Source of the DNA: Tubiluchus corallicola
Taxonomy: Eukaryota; Animalia; Priapulida
Assembly (NCBI GenBank): GCA_030141605.1
Contig: JAQGDQ010000376.1
Location: 62,001 to 126,000, forward strand
Length of the DNA: 64,000 nt
Direction: 5' to 3'
This document shows, piece by piece, positions 51,418-64,000 of the stretch (the stretch's first letter is position 1; every line of letters begins with the position of its first letter). Both the position numbers and the translations under genes were made by a program. A model generated the notes under the pieces. That model saw nothing but the letters and a program-made list of their open reading frames with translations. It ran no database searches and was not told the origin of the DNA.

Positions 51418-53639
51418 AACATATCAGAGTTTGTCTGTAATCTCACCCTAGCAGTACACAATCTGTACGCAGTGCAGCATGGTGGAGCTATCGTACGCAG
51501 ACAGACAGACATACAGGTTCGATTAAACCCCTTACCCACGCTCCTACTGTGTCATGTTCTATTACTCTTCTACAAAGAAATTTTTAATGTCTATTTTAGT
51601 AGAATATAGTAGTTCACTTTAGTAATTACTCTGAACTGATGACCTTCTTTACTAGAATTACGTGAGACTTCACACGGTATCCGATCACATGATCACTGAC
51701 GTTATTGATGTCGTCAGCGGGTTATTTTTTGCTGACAATGTTCAGGCTTAATGTGACTATGAATGGCCGAGTTGTCGGTCAATACTAATGCATGCGCTGC
51801 GAACCCAATCAATAACTCCAGGCATGACAGCCAGCACCAGTTAGCGTGTAGGCCTGTTTACTCGTGAGAATTTTTATGACGAGTATTACGTTTGGGATGA
51901 GGTTAACTCTTGTTTGCTGTGTGTGTTGCACATGTATAAAAACCTTGGTGGCGTAATTTATTAATTGATGTAAGTAGTTTCTGTGCGTTGCGTTGCTCTT
52001 GCAAATTGTGCAGAGTAAAGCCATCAACAACTTACTTGCTGCTTAGCCTTTTGTCGCATCGGCTGACAGCAGCCATGCAGTAATGCAGCGCGATCAAATG
52101 CCGCATTTGATAGTGTGCTGCTCCGTTGCTGGCTGAGTCGCGTTTTAGTTCATGAATTTTATTTTCGTTCATTTTAATACTCACTTGTGCTACGTTTGTG
52201 GAAATTAGCTGTTGTTGTTACTGATAATTAAGCTCTTGTGATTTGATAATTAATCGTTGTCAGCTTCTGTGAATACTTTGTCTGAACTGTCATCTTGTTG
52301 AGTAGAAATGAGAATATTTAGTCAGCTGATGCTGTACAAATATGAAAAAGTGCTTTGCAATGCAGATTCAAATAAGATCTAATTTGTAAACCTGTTTGAT
52401 GTTTAATGTTTAATTATGTTTAATTTATTGCTTTCTGTGTATACTCGGTATTTTCATCTCTCTGCACATTCAACTTTATCAGTTTTTTATTATAAATTTT
52501 ACACTTAAGTGGATTATAACTTTAAGCCCTAGTGAAGCTCACTGTAGGTTACTATCAGCTTTTGTGAAAAAAAATCATTCTGAGGACTGCACCTGCATAG
52601 ATGGGAAATAAGGTTTATTTGTTCAGATAATTGTGTCTATACACACATGTGAATAATGAGATAGCTGTATATTTTGTTTAGCTCAGTACTGCCTATAAGA
52701 ATTACAAATAATGATATATAGTAATTATCATTATTAAGTAGTTCAGAAAAAGCTGGTTTCCCAGCCAATGATGTAAGTTTATGGTTTTGTGATTCACGCT
52801 CAAGCACCCATTGGTATAGCCATACGGGAGTAGATGCCTTTCCATTTAGGATATATGTAGGCTGTGTCAGTCATTGGAAAATTGATGTTTAAAATATGAA
52901 GGACTGAAGTTTTTTGTTCTGGACATACAATCTGACAAAATTTGTAAGTTTAATGGATATGAAGATATGAGTCGATTGTTTGAAGCTTGTTTGCTGCATC
53001 TGTAATTCGTTTTTATACTGACAAAAGTAAAATATTATAAACTTTTGTTTGTCTTTCAGCTTGTGTACGTGATGTATATCCTGGTGGTCTAGTATTAATT
53101 ATTTATGTATAAGATGGTTACCACATGCTTACCTATTCATTCTAATTAATGAGAGGGTTAGTATTTTTTGAAACTACATTATATTTTAAATTAACGCAAG
53201 ACTGAAGTTAAATTGTAGATTCAGAATTCATAGCTTTTCTATATAAACCTTGGTCATATTCTTTATATATGCCTATGACACCACATTTACTAAAAATTTA
53301 TTCTAATTACCTTATATTATTTTATTATATACAGTATATTCGTTGCATATTGACGATCAGCTTTATTAATTTCTAACTGATTACAGCACTGCTGTAACTT
53401 ATCTTAATATTTTTGATACTGATGATATCCTGGTTTTGAAATAAAAACAACATTTTATTTTATTCTATTATTTTAAACAAAACTATTATTTCTATGTAAC
53501 TATAATATAATTTGTTTTGTGTATATATTATTACAGTTCTGTTCTGCTTTTTGTTAATTAGGTGTGTAAATATTGGTACTCAAGTCCTGTAAATAACATT
53601 AGATGACATAGTGGTGTAATCATTGTCATCATTATCATT

Positions 53640-53734
53640 ATGGGAAGCAGTTGCTCGTCAGGCAGTCCAACCAACAGCCAAAATGAGGGCTATTATAAGA
53701 AAGCGGAAAAGAGTGACAACGTGGAAAAATCAGG
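53640..53734 (+). CDS. Unidentified gene, first coding exon (exon begins at 53562 with 5' UTR)
   Basis: Acceptor taattag at 53561, ATG at 53640, donor GG|gtgagt. Confidence 0.78.
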
Positions 53735-56700
53735 GTGAGTATGCTTTTTCATGCTAAAGTAATTCGTTTGTAGCTGTTTCTTAGTTTTTGAACATTTGGA
53801 CAGTTTTCGCAGTAGCTCGTGAAGTTGTCAGTGCACATGATATTAATAAGGACTATCACAGTTGCCACTTACCAGGCTGATTGACATAATTTTTTTTTTC
53901 TTATATTCCTGTCATGTGTGGCTGGTCAGCATTCTAGCACTTTGTCCTGTACGTCTGTGGTAGGGAATTAGTGCCAAATATGCAACCGAATAACTACATG
54001 CATACTATTAAAATGCCCCCCCCCCCATATTTACTATTCCTTACCATTGACTAATGATGTTCTTTTTCTGTAAAATGATGCATCTTTCTTCTTGCTGTTT
54101 GATTAGGCACGACAATGCGTTGTTTTTCTCGAAATATGATTGGATGAAAATCTCACCATCTAAAATCAAAAATCTGAAAATCAATAAAAATTTCATTTTA
54201 CTGATTCCGCCTTCCTAAACAAAACGACACATGCTTTAGATAAATGATGTGAGCTTTCGATAACTGTGCAGGCTGTTTAGAAAGAATGCCATCTCTTGGA
54301 AAGCATGCATGTTCTCTAGAAAAGGCACAAGCTTTTCTACTTTCAAAAGCGTCTTTTTTCCTTGCTATGGATTTTGGTTCCGAACTGGCTATCAGTTATC
54401 AGTTATACTGTAACAGAGTTTGACGTGCAATATTTAATCAGTAAATTTTAATCAAAACACAACAGTTAAGAGTAAGACAAAGGTAGTGTTAAATAACATC
54501 ATGACAGACCCTTTCAGTGTTCCTGATCCACCACATCTTACTCAAGTTCGAATGTTCCCATGCTCTCACCTCTATGTGACTAAATTACTTTTTCATACAA
54601 ACTGGTATCCACTAAACAATATTTGTATTTTGATTTCGAGTCTCTGTGAGTGCTTCCATTTATTCGCTTGTTATGCAGTTTTGTTCTTAGGATAATAATA
54701 CCGTATTATGGTTAACATATTACAGCTATTACATGAGCTAAAATTTTGGACAGATGGTGGCGATTACATTGTAAAATGTCAGTGTAAACTTACACGTAAT
54801 TTAAATATCAGCAAAGGTCTGGGGTAATCTAGTACCTAAAAGCCATTCCAGGACCTCTGGGATAGACCTAATGTTTCCGCACTTAATGTCAAGATAATTG
54901 TTGTGCAGAAGTTCATAAAGCTAGTTAGATTCGTGCGATAAATCACGGTTTTGAAACCACGTGTCATTTTTCATACATCCAGATTTCTTTTGAATGCCAA
55001 TTTTTTTTGAAACCACGTGCCATTTTCGTCCAACCAAATAGCGACAAAATTATATGTCGTTATAAACATTGCACGCTTGTTTTTTTGTGCATGCATAACT
55101 TTTCAAATGCACACATTTTTTTATCTAATCACATTGTGAGAAAAATGGCATGTGCTTTCATGAAATACACATGTCGTTATTCTGAATGAATTATACCCTC
55201 GCATTTTTGTCCAATCAAATTGCCTTGTCAGCAGTTGTAAAAGCACATGTGAAGTTATTAAACCACGCATGAGTAGCTCATGTATTTTGCTCTGACACCC
55301 AGCCAATTCTATCATCACTCTATTTCCTAGCATTTACAAGCATCATTTCCAGTGGAACCACTCTAGTATTAGTGCCTTTATTTTGCCCTTAAATAACTTA
55401 AATAACTGTTCGGCATTTAGTACCTAAAACTCAGACTCATAATCCTTTCTGTTGTGATGCCTATGGCTTATGCCATGAGCTGAATTTACTTTTTAATACA
55501 TGTCCTATGTGGTGTATGAACTTTTTCATACTTCTGGAACCTGCTGATTCCTAAATACTGATTGGCTGATCAGCATTTTAGGGCAACGAACCGAGCACGA
55601 GCCTATCAACTTTGCCGTCCATCGATATCGATGGATCGCAAGTCGGTTAAAATATGTAAATACCATTGTTATATAAAAATTATTGTTAAACTGCACCTTA
55701 TCAGTTATTTTACATGCCAAAAGATATTACCCACAAAACTTCAAAGATGAAACTTTAGCATTTATTGGTAATCATCTGTTTGACTTTCAACTTTATTAAT
55801 TTTATATAAGGTAAAATAAAAACCAAATGTATCAGTGGAACCTCTTGAATGATCATGACTCAGTAGCCGAAATTTTTAATCTCCTGCCCTTGGTTGGTGG
55901 ATGCCCTTTAAGTGTGGGATTTATCGGAAAAGGAATTAAGCGAAATATTGTTGCCTGATATAAATAATTTTACTGTAAGTTTAAACCTTATTTTCATAAA
56001 TTCAGCAATTTTCATGGCGTGATCGGCTCCGTAGCTAACCGAACCGGTCAACAATTTCATGATAAGCCAGTCAAAACTTGTTCATCGATCTCAACTGTAC
56101 ACAATTGTTCGTTAACGGATCACTGATCAGTCATCATTATTTTTTAGTACTTAATGTGTGAGTACTTATTGTGTATGGCTTACTTACCAGTACTGCTGTA
56201 TGTGCTAGATCTGTTTCGTAGTGACGTGGTGGTATAACTGATTCCTACACAGTTTGCATTCTGTCTGTTTCCTATGTTTGCATCAATATGTTTGTTTCTT
56301 CGTTTTTGTGAATTATGGTTTAATGCTAACAAATAAATATTTTAAATGGGAATCGGCATCATCCTTCTTCTTAGTACTTTTTGTTAATTATTGATTATCC
56401 ATAATTGTTACAGCTGTATAAATTTGAAAATTTTGAAAGCTAGCTGTTACGAAGCTTGGTACGAAGTTTAAATAAGATTGAGAGACATAGTATGTACAAA
56501 TTAATGAGCTTGTTTATAGAGACCTGAATATGTATGCAGGGTGCTTACTTAGTGCATAATTACTTGATTTCATGAGTCGATCTAGTTCATTGATGCAAGT
56601 GATTTTGCCATGATTTAATCCATCTCTATTGATCCTCATAAAAGTTGTAATTATCTGATTTATTGTCTGTACATTACTGAAACATTTAATTATTTAGCTA

Positions 56701-59700
56701 GCCATCGGTTGCTTTTTTTAATTACTGTTCTGTTCTCTCCACTTCTAATTTTGCCAATGAAAGTTTGGCCTTACCCACAAAATAGCAAAATAGTAATGGA
56801 ATTAATACACAGTTTAGTGTTAAATTTAGGGCCCACGTGAGTTTAAATAGAGAATGGAAAATAAAGTGAAAAACCTGCACGTAGATTTGAACCCAAAGAC
56901 CTTTAGAGGCCTAACATTTTAATCACTAACATGGGTTAATCCTGTATGTGTAACTAAAGCAGGTCTAATTTAAAAATAGTTACTGTCAATCAGAAATTCT
57001 TTTTGCTATTTATGTTTTTGTGTTTCGCAAAGGTGCATAGCCACTGAGTTAATGGGCTGCCTATATTAAAGTGAAGAAGAAACACTTGGTGGTCGTGTAC
57101 AGTCCAAAACAACTTTTTATTTCTAACTTTCGGATTTTAAAAGTCTTATGCCGGCTCTTAAGGTGCTTCATAATATTCTATTATTTGGTTAATGTCTTGG
57201 ATTGCTAAGTTGTAATAATGAAGGTCCTGTGTCTTTTTGTTTTTTTTTTTGGTAAATCACACATAACTAGAAGAATTTATCTAGATCTGGAGGAGGTGGA
57301 AGTTATGATCCAAAACCCAAATTCTTTTCATCTGGTTTGCCTCATAAACTTTTACAAACTTTTTTCATTTCTATTCAGTTTTAGTCCATTTTATTTTATT
57401 ACTTACTGGAAATATTGATAATGTCACAAATCCACAGAAGACAGGTACATTTGCAGTTGTTTGCTATTTTTCAGCCGTATTTGTTGTTGATGCCAACTGC
57501 TGTTTTGTTCACTTACAGAGGCTGCTAGCTGCAGCTTCATCCATTTTTGTCATGGGTAATCTGTTACCATGGCGACGAGGGTCTATCTGCTTTGATTCAT
57601 TAAGGCAGCCCTATTAGATAAATTCTGTCATTTACCTGTTTCATTTTTACCTGTAGCTTGAATCGAATAAACAGTGTTTTCACAATTACTTGTGTGATGC
57701 ATTGTTGCTACTTTTAATGCGCTACATCAATAGTTAATAATCTTGACAGGTGTGTCTTGTTAGGGCAAGTCTTGTTTTCAATATGTTTGTTTAAGTTGTG
57801 CTGAACCTAGCTATTGTATATATGACAGAACTTTATTTTTTATGTTTATTGTTAGAAACATTTATATATGTTTTATCTGTTTGCTTTTGAGACGCGAGTT
57901 ATCTTTCGGTCATTAGAGAGTTCTGCTATAGTCAAATAGCAAAGTATTTTGATTCTGAATTGATGTCACTACGGTCACAGTCTGAATCATTCCCAGTATA
58001 TTTTGCTACAGTCCCTGACTCTCCTGATGACGTTTTGAAGAAGTTAAATTATTTAAATTATGTAGACATCGCGAAACACGACAAGGCACACATTATAATT
58101 TAAAATACATGCATTGGTGCTACCTAGGTAAAAACAGTGCAGGTAAAAATGGCACAGGAAAAAATGGCAAAAATGGAAAAGTAGGTAAAATGGCACAAAT
58201 GGAAAAGTGGGTAAAATGGCAAAGGAAAAAATGGCACACTTAGTAAAGTATGTGTTTAGGGTTATGGTTACAATGGGGGATAATTCATTTAGCTATTTTT
58301 ACCTCTGCCAAAGAAGTTATGCTTCAACACAGTTCGTTTGTTTGTTTGTTTTTTGTTTGTTATGGCAGTAAGCCTATTACTCAGAAAATATCTAACACAT
58401 TTCTAAGAAACATTGTGAAGAAAGGCGGGCATGGGGATACCAAAATGAGGATCTTTTCTCTGGTTCTTTTTCGCAGAACTTGACCGAACATCAAACACCT
58501 TGACTGTACAAAAAACATTCGTGAAACACTTCGCGAAGGTCTCAGACGGAGTGTTTAGTACTTCTTTTTTGTTATCGCCACCTAACTTTTGCTTATTAAT
58601 ACGTATAGCCTAATAAGGTGACTTGGTATATATTTGTCAGTTTATTACAATCACAAAAATTAATGGTTAAAAAGGTAGATAAACATTTTGCGGAACATTC
58701 GTGCATTACTGATTATAAATATATTTAATGAACAAATATTTTGTAAGACTTTTGCTAGTCTATACTCTATATAACATCAGTACAGGTACACTTTTTATTG
58801 TTTGCTTGTTTGTCTTTGTGTTAATTGTTTTTAATCAGAAGAATCAGGTGAATAAGTTTAGGATTGTTCAGCTTTGGCAGTGATCTACTTCCTTCTGAGT
58901 GCATTCTGGTTTTATTATAGAGAAATCAACTGCATCAAAATAACATATATGTGCCATTTTTGCTTGTGCCATGTTTTTCTGTGCCATTTTTTCTTGTGTC
59001 ATTTTTACTGCAGACCGACAGCGGTTACACGGCGGCCTCTTTACCGTTTCCAGTAGGCATTTTAATAACTCCTTTTTTCAGTTTTTGTTTTTGTCTTCAC
59101 AGCTTTTGTTTTTCTGTGCTTATTTTCCTTTCCTGGACCGACGCTGGCTATAAAGAATCACCTTGTCTGTGATTGTAAAACACATTCTTGAGTACAGATC
59201 TAGTCTGCGATCAGTGGGAGAGTAGTATGACGTCAGTTCCACTCCCACAATCACGAAAAAGCATCCTGCAGTTGTAGCAGAAACTTTAAATTTGTAATTT
59301 GACGATGGCAAGGTGGGGTTTGTCTTTGTAAAATGCGTGAAGACATAACTGTTCACATTGAATGAAAAATTATCAGGTACTTACGACATGCAAGGCCATC
59401 ATCAGAAAACAAATGCATTGTAATATAAGTAAAGTAAAATAATAATAATACTTAAGCTGCACAATGATGTTTTCATAACATGTTGTTTTATGGCTTTAGT
59501 CATTGTTGTGCATGGCAGCATTACTAATGATGCTGCAATACATTGAAATTTACGATAAATAGTGCCAGCACAGGTGACATTTTGTCAAAAAAAGAATGAA
59601 TATATATAAAAACAAGGTCATTATAGAAGTGAAAATACAATAGTAAACACAAAACAAAGTCATGAGGTTTTTGTAGCTTGTATTTTTGACATGTTTTTTT

Positions 59701-62700
59701 TATGTTGGCCTATAGTAAGTTTCGATATACTGTAGTATATTTTAACCAAGTTTGGTGTCCTACGTTATACACAAAGTAATATTATTTACTTGCTGTTAGC
59801 TTTTTTTCCCTAGTTGTTTGCCTGCCGTGTTGTTAAGGATTGTTTGCTTGTTTACTTGTTTCCCTGCTTGTATCTTTTCCTGCGTCCTGCTTAGCCACAC
59901 CTGCATTATCTGACTCTTATGTATTACTCAGTCACCTATTCCAATGGGGCCCATTTGCATTTACTCACTCTTCCACTTGCACACCAATTATATATATATA
60001 TATATATATTTACGTAGCATAATAAAATATTATGTGGCAAATTAGCTAGGGTGTGCACAAAGGCTCAATTAAGAAAATTGTGTAAATAGTATAAGCAAGT
60101 AGGAGAGGCAGTAAATAAATGTTCACACAGCCATTGTTAATGGTCATACTCACACAGTTTATGATTTGAGTCTCCTTAGTATATAAAATTGGCCAAGATT
60201 TTAAGTTTATTGTACATGCAGTTCTGTGCTGTACTATAAGAGATCATTTCAGTAATATACTGTAGGAGTTTAGTAACAATTCAGAAGTTTGATTTTCTGT
60301 GCACGTCAAACTTTGTGAAAACTATTTGTTGCCCCGGGCAGGTTAAACATCGGGTATATACTCATATACTTTCTTGTTAGCATTGCTCCTCACGGCAACT
60401 ACAAACTGAGTGTTAGATTCGCTAACCAAAGATTTTAATGCATTTTATTTAACTTAAAAATCTAATCGAATAAGTATGTTGCTGTGCCACTTTGTTATAA
60501 AAACGAGGTGTTTTGACAGGTCATTTATCACCATCAGTTAAACTGTGAAATAAAATTCCAAAATGATAATGTTATCCAGATTCAAAAATTATGTATGAGT
60601 TACAAACTTGTAAATTTTTCATTTTGATTAGAAATATGTTTTTAAAGTTTTTAACTGCTGGAAAGAAAATTTAAATGTTACCTTCTATAATTAATATTAT
60701 AAGTTTGCTAGAACTTCAGATAAACACATGTACACCAAGGCAGGTAATTTCATAGAAAATAAATGTCCTGATACCGTTCTACATTTTAAATCGTTGATGT
60801 GAGTTAGAATACACTTTTGTTTTGCTGTAATATTCACACATGACATTAGTCAACAATGTTATTGAGACTATTGCTGTTTATAAACATAAGAACAAAAAAT
60901 AAATAATATTTATTTTAATAATGAATTTCATTAATAATATTTATTTATTCTAAAAATTTGAATGAATGATCAATTTCAGCTTGATTTGATTCATTGATAA
61001 AATTATGTTATTTTGTTTAATCTGATTCTCAATTATTTTCAATTTTGCCCATCACTATAATGGTAGTGCTAAAGGCAAAATGGAGTGACTGGAGCTTTTG
61101 GCATGAAACTACACATATTATACAATCACACTTTCCAAAGAGTCTGCCAACTAGAACTTGCTTATCATTGTGTAAAAATTTATGGGGTACTCTCAACAGC
61201 TTTTCCTAGCAAATTTATTCTTAAATGTTTAGTGAATTTATTGTATAGCAACTGAAGTATAAAAAATAGTAAATGACTAGAATTTCTACGATATGAATGT
61301 TCGGTTAGAGCGCTTTGGTTCGATGTAAATTTTGAATACAAGAACTCTGACATTTGAATATTAATATTTGGTGTCTAGCTCTTGTTGCAGCATAAACTGT
61401 CTTTTTAATTAATGTTTTATTGACCATAATTTACTGTGATGCAGATCCAGTGTAGAGGATGATAAGAAAGGTTCGTCTACTACTACTTCTGGTGGTGGAT
61501 CCAAGAAACGAGCAAAGGCTGATGCAGATCAAGCTGTTAGTAAAGGAAGCATGGACCAGCCACCTCCTGAACCGATGACACCACCTCCAGCAGAAGCAGT
61601 TATAGCACAGCGCACCAGTACTAGTACATGTGAGTTATAACATGTACATTTTTTTTACTATTATCCATACTGAAGCATTGTCTTAGCATATTTACATTGC
61701 AGATATGTTTCTCTGTAGTGGTTAGCAAATCACAGAAAATGTAATAGTAAATTTAGCAAATTAGCAAAATGTATATTTAGAAAATCAGAAAATTTAGAAA
61801 ATTAACAGAATGAGGTCACAGTAATCCCTACAATTTTAACATCACTGGAAGAATTGCCTTTTGTATACTCCATAATGTAAGTTCGTTTGGCTAGAACATT
61901 TTGTCGTCTACTTTTTTACCTTTTATTGTAGCACAAAATAAACTTTCAGATTTTAATATTCAACGGGCCTGCTTTTTTGGAATTCACCTCAAAATTTCGA
62001 GTAACAATAAATAAGTTGCATAGTGTTTTCACGTTATTTGTTGTTAGGTAACAAAAATATGAGTTATGCGTATATATGGTAAGTTCCTAATTGCATAAAA
62101 GTTGCTAACCATGGGTAATAGTTTAAGCTGAGGGCAAACTTATAGCTTGGGAATTTTAAATGACAGATAATCTAGAAATTCACAAAAAAAAATTCAGAGG
62201 ATTTTACTGAATTAATTGAGATGAATTATTTCGAAGACACACTTAGCCTGTCCTTTTTTGTGCTTTTACTTGCATCAACAAAATTTGTGCTAGAGTGTAG
62301 CAGCTATTATTCTCGACTATTATACGAGTTTTACAAATTTATTAAGCAAATAATCTGTATGTACATTTAATTTTGATGCCATTTTGCAAAATAATGCGTC
62401 TTTAGAAATAATCAAGGCTTGGGATTCTATTATTTCCTATTGAAAATTGTTTTTGCTTATGGAGGAATGGAAAAAAGCATTTTTTGTGTTTAGGCTTTTT
62501 GGAGAGTCGTCAAAAGTAAAGGAATACTACTTGAGAAAGTTGCACTTATTGTAACTGAATCTGACTGTTAGAAGAAAAACAACGTATTGCAATTAATTCA
62601 TTGTACTTGTTTTGTTGATGACTGTATGAAATCTAATTTGAAACAAAATTAATAGTTTAAGACATGTCTAAAACGTGCATATAATGGTATGCCTCATTAA

Positions 62701-63347
62701 GGTGACTCAAAAGCTAGTAAACCTCATGCGAGAATAAATTAAATCACAGTCTGACTGCAGGATCAGAAACTGGCAATTTAAAAGTTGGTGTGGCATTTAA
62801 TTTTGAAATCACAAACAGCCATTGTGGGACTACATGGCTTGATTAGAATTTGCAACTGTAAGCTTGTTTTTGCTATTTTGAATGATGTTTTAGTTTACAA
62901 TGGATTCTGGTATTGTCTGCGATTTTTACAATGCAAATCGATAAGGTATTTAAGTCCTTTACATTTGATGCTGCTGCTGCAATTTTTAATATACATTTTT
63001 AATAGTTGTGCTGAGTGTGAAAAGTAAAAGGATAGGTGCCAGGAAAATTGTTTTTAACATATTTCATTTGCCGTACAGAGGAATGAGGTAATAGGCTTGC
63101 AGTATGTTAAGCTGATATTTGCTATATGTGCCTGGAAGCTGTTTCATAAATCAATGTGCAATTTCTTTTTCTTTTTTACAGCTCTGCCTGAAACGGTTGC
63201 TACTAATGAAGAAGTGGTGCAGAATGGTGGCATTGAAAAAGGAACAACATCTCCGAGCAATACTTCAGTTATACGTCCGTCAGTAACCTCTCCTCCCCCA
63301 TTCAATCAACTCACGGCAATCACTCCTTGTATTCATGACTTTACGTG
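53640..63347 (+). CDS. Unidentified protein, 3'-partial, join(53640-53734,61445-61629,63182-63347); N-myristoylation/palmitoylation-type N-terminus and disordered S/T/P/E-rich region
   Basis: Three exons with canonical splice sites join without stops in phases 2 and 1: MGSSCSSGSPTNSQNEGYYKKAEKSDNVEKSG SSVEDDKKG...DQPPPEPMTPPPAEAVIAQRTSTST SLPETVATNEE...ITPCIHDFTW. Confidence 0.8.
58116..59016. mobile_element. Foldback/MITE-like element with inverted arrays of ~15-bp ggtaaaaatggcaca repeats
   Basis: Left array 58126-58240 (aggtaaaaatggcacaggaaaaaatggca...) is inverted relative to right array 58950-59016 (tgtgccatttttgcttgtgccatg...gtcatttttactgcagacc). Confidence 0.7.
58296..58455 (+). mobile_element. 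Helentron-associated non-autonomous (HINE-like) fragment nested in the foldback element
   Basis: tttttacctctgccaaagaagttatg followed by (gttt)n and ...attactcagaaaa resembles the recalled TTACCTCCGCCAAGGAGGTTATG...(GTTT)n...ATTACTCAAAAA family. Confidence 0.45.
59990..60008. repeat. (TA)n microsatellite
   Basis: atatatatatatatatatat run. Confidence 0.85.
61445..61629 (+). CDS. Unidentified gene, second coding exon
   Basis: atgcag|A TCC AGT GTA GAG...ACA T|gtgagt; GC-richer open frame, phase 2 to phase 1. Confidence 0.82.
63182..63347 (+). CDS. Unidentified gene, third coding exon
   Basis: Strong polypyrimidine tract ttttttacag|CT CTG CCT GAA...ACG TG|gtaagc; phase 1 to phase 2. Confidence 0.85.
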
Positions 63348-64000
63348 GTAAGCCATTAATAATTTATTTCAAAGGTCTCTTAAAATGCACAAGATAGCGA
63401 TGAGCTTTTAATAGATTAATCAAATTACTCGAGATTACAACCATGTATAAATCGATATAATCAGCTATTGAACAGTAATTCACTTAATCGAGAGCAACAT
63501 ATACATGTTACACACTGACTAAAAGGCAGCATTTTAGCACAAATGAATGGAATTCTTGCATTTTTTCTTCGTTTTTCTCACCTTGCATGATGCACACAAT
63601 TCCAAAGCACAGTGTTGCAAACTGGCGCTTCTTATTCACTTTCACATGACGTGTAGTTTATATAATGATAGAGTAGTTAATGAGTGTACGTGCATATAAA
63701 AATAGTTTGCGAGTATGAAAATAGCGACGAAAGCCATGACGAAGTTTATAGGCTATATTTCAGTGCTGCAATGTTTGAAAAATATGGCTAAAACACTAAA
63801 AAATTACTGCTAAAGATTAATCGCGATCTCGAATTACAAGAACAAGATTGTTATAGAATTAGGAAATTTCAAAATCACTTGTTACTAGCACAAGAGTATG
63901 CTCTCTGATTATGTGTAGTTTATACGGTTTGCTGATCAATTCATAACACACAGCCAGATGTCGATAGTGCTGCATTTATGAAGTTTAGACTTGTACAAAC

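Noticed and set aside
56872-56941. tRNA gene
   Set aside because: Only a box B-like motif; no cloverleaf can be folded, so at best a SINE relic.
57519-57557. Possible extra coding mini-exon of gene 3 (ttacag...gg|gtaatc)
   Set aside because: It has an immediate in-frame TAG in the required phase, and the flanking exons already join in frame.

Overview
AT-rich, intron-rich animal genomic DNA; the KCNQ sequence looks protostome-like, but the species cannot be told from the window. Three host genes were rebuilt by hand from GT-AG sites and reading-phase continuity. (1) The 3' part of a KCNQ/Kv7 potassium channel on + (9 coding exons, 1354-14939, S2 to C-terminus; 5' exons lie upstream of the window). 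(2) A complete DNAJC2/MPP11/zuotin-like gene on - (14 coding exons, 36130-18809, 623 aa), convergent with KCNQ. (3) The 5' part of an unidentified + strand gene (coding exons 53640-53734, 61445-61629, 63182-63347) encoding an MGSSCS-initiated, low-complexity, probably dually acylated N-terminus. Introns and intergenic DNA hold many decayed transposon relics: ISL2EU-like, pogo/Tigger, Tc1/mariner, hAT MITEs with 8-bp TSDs, Academ, copia gag, CR1/L2-type ORF1, an RTEX-like LINE and Helentron-like pieces. TE family calls rest on motifs recalled from memory, not on searches. I found no convincing novel multi-gene system. The best leads are the unidentified acylated protein, a candidate KCNQ microexon, a nested palindrome and the Academ and ISL2EU relics. 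Most ORFs in the supplied track are spurious or extend real exons into introns.
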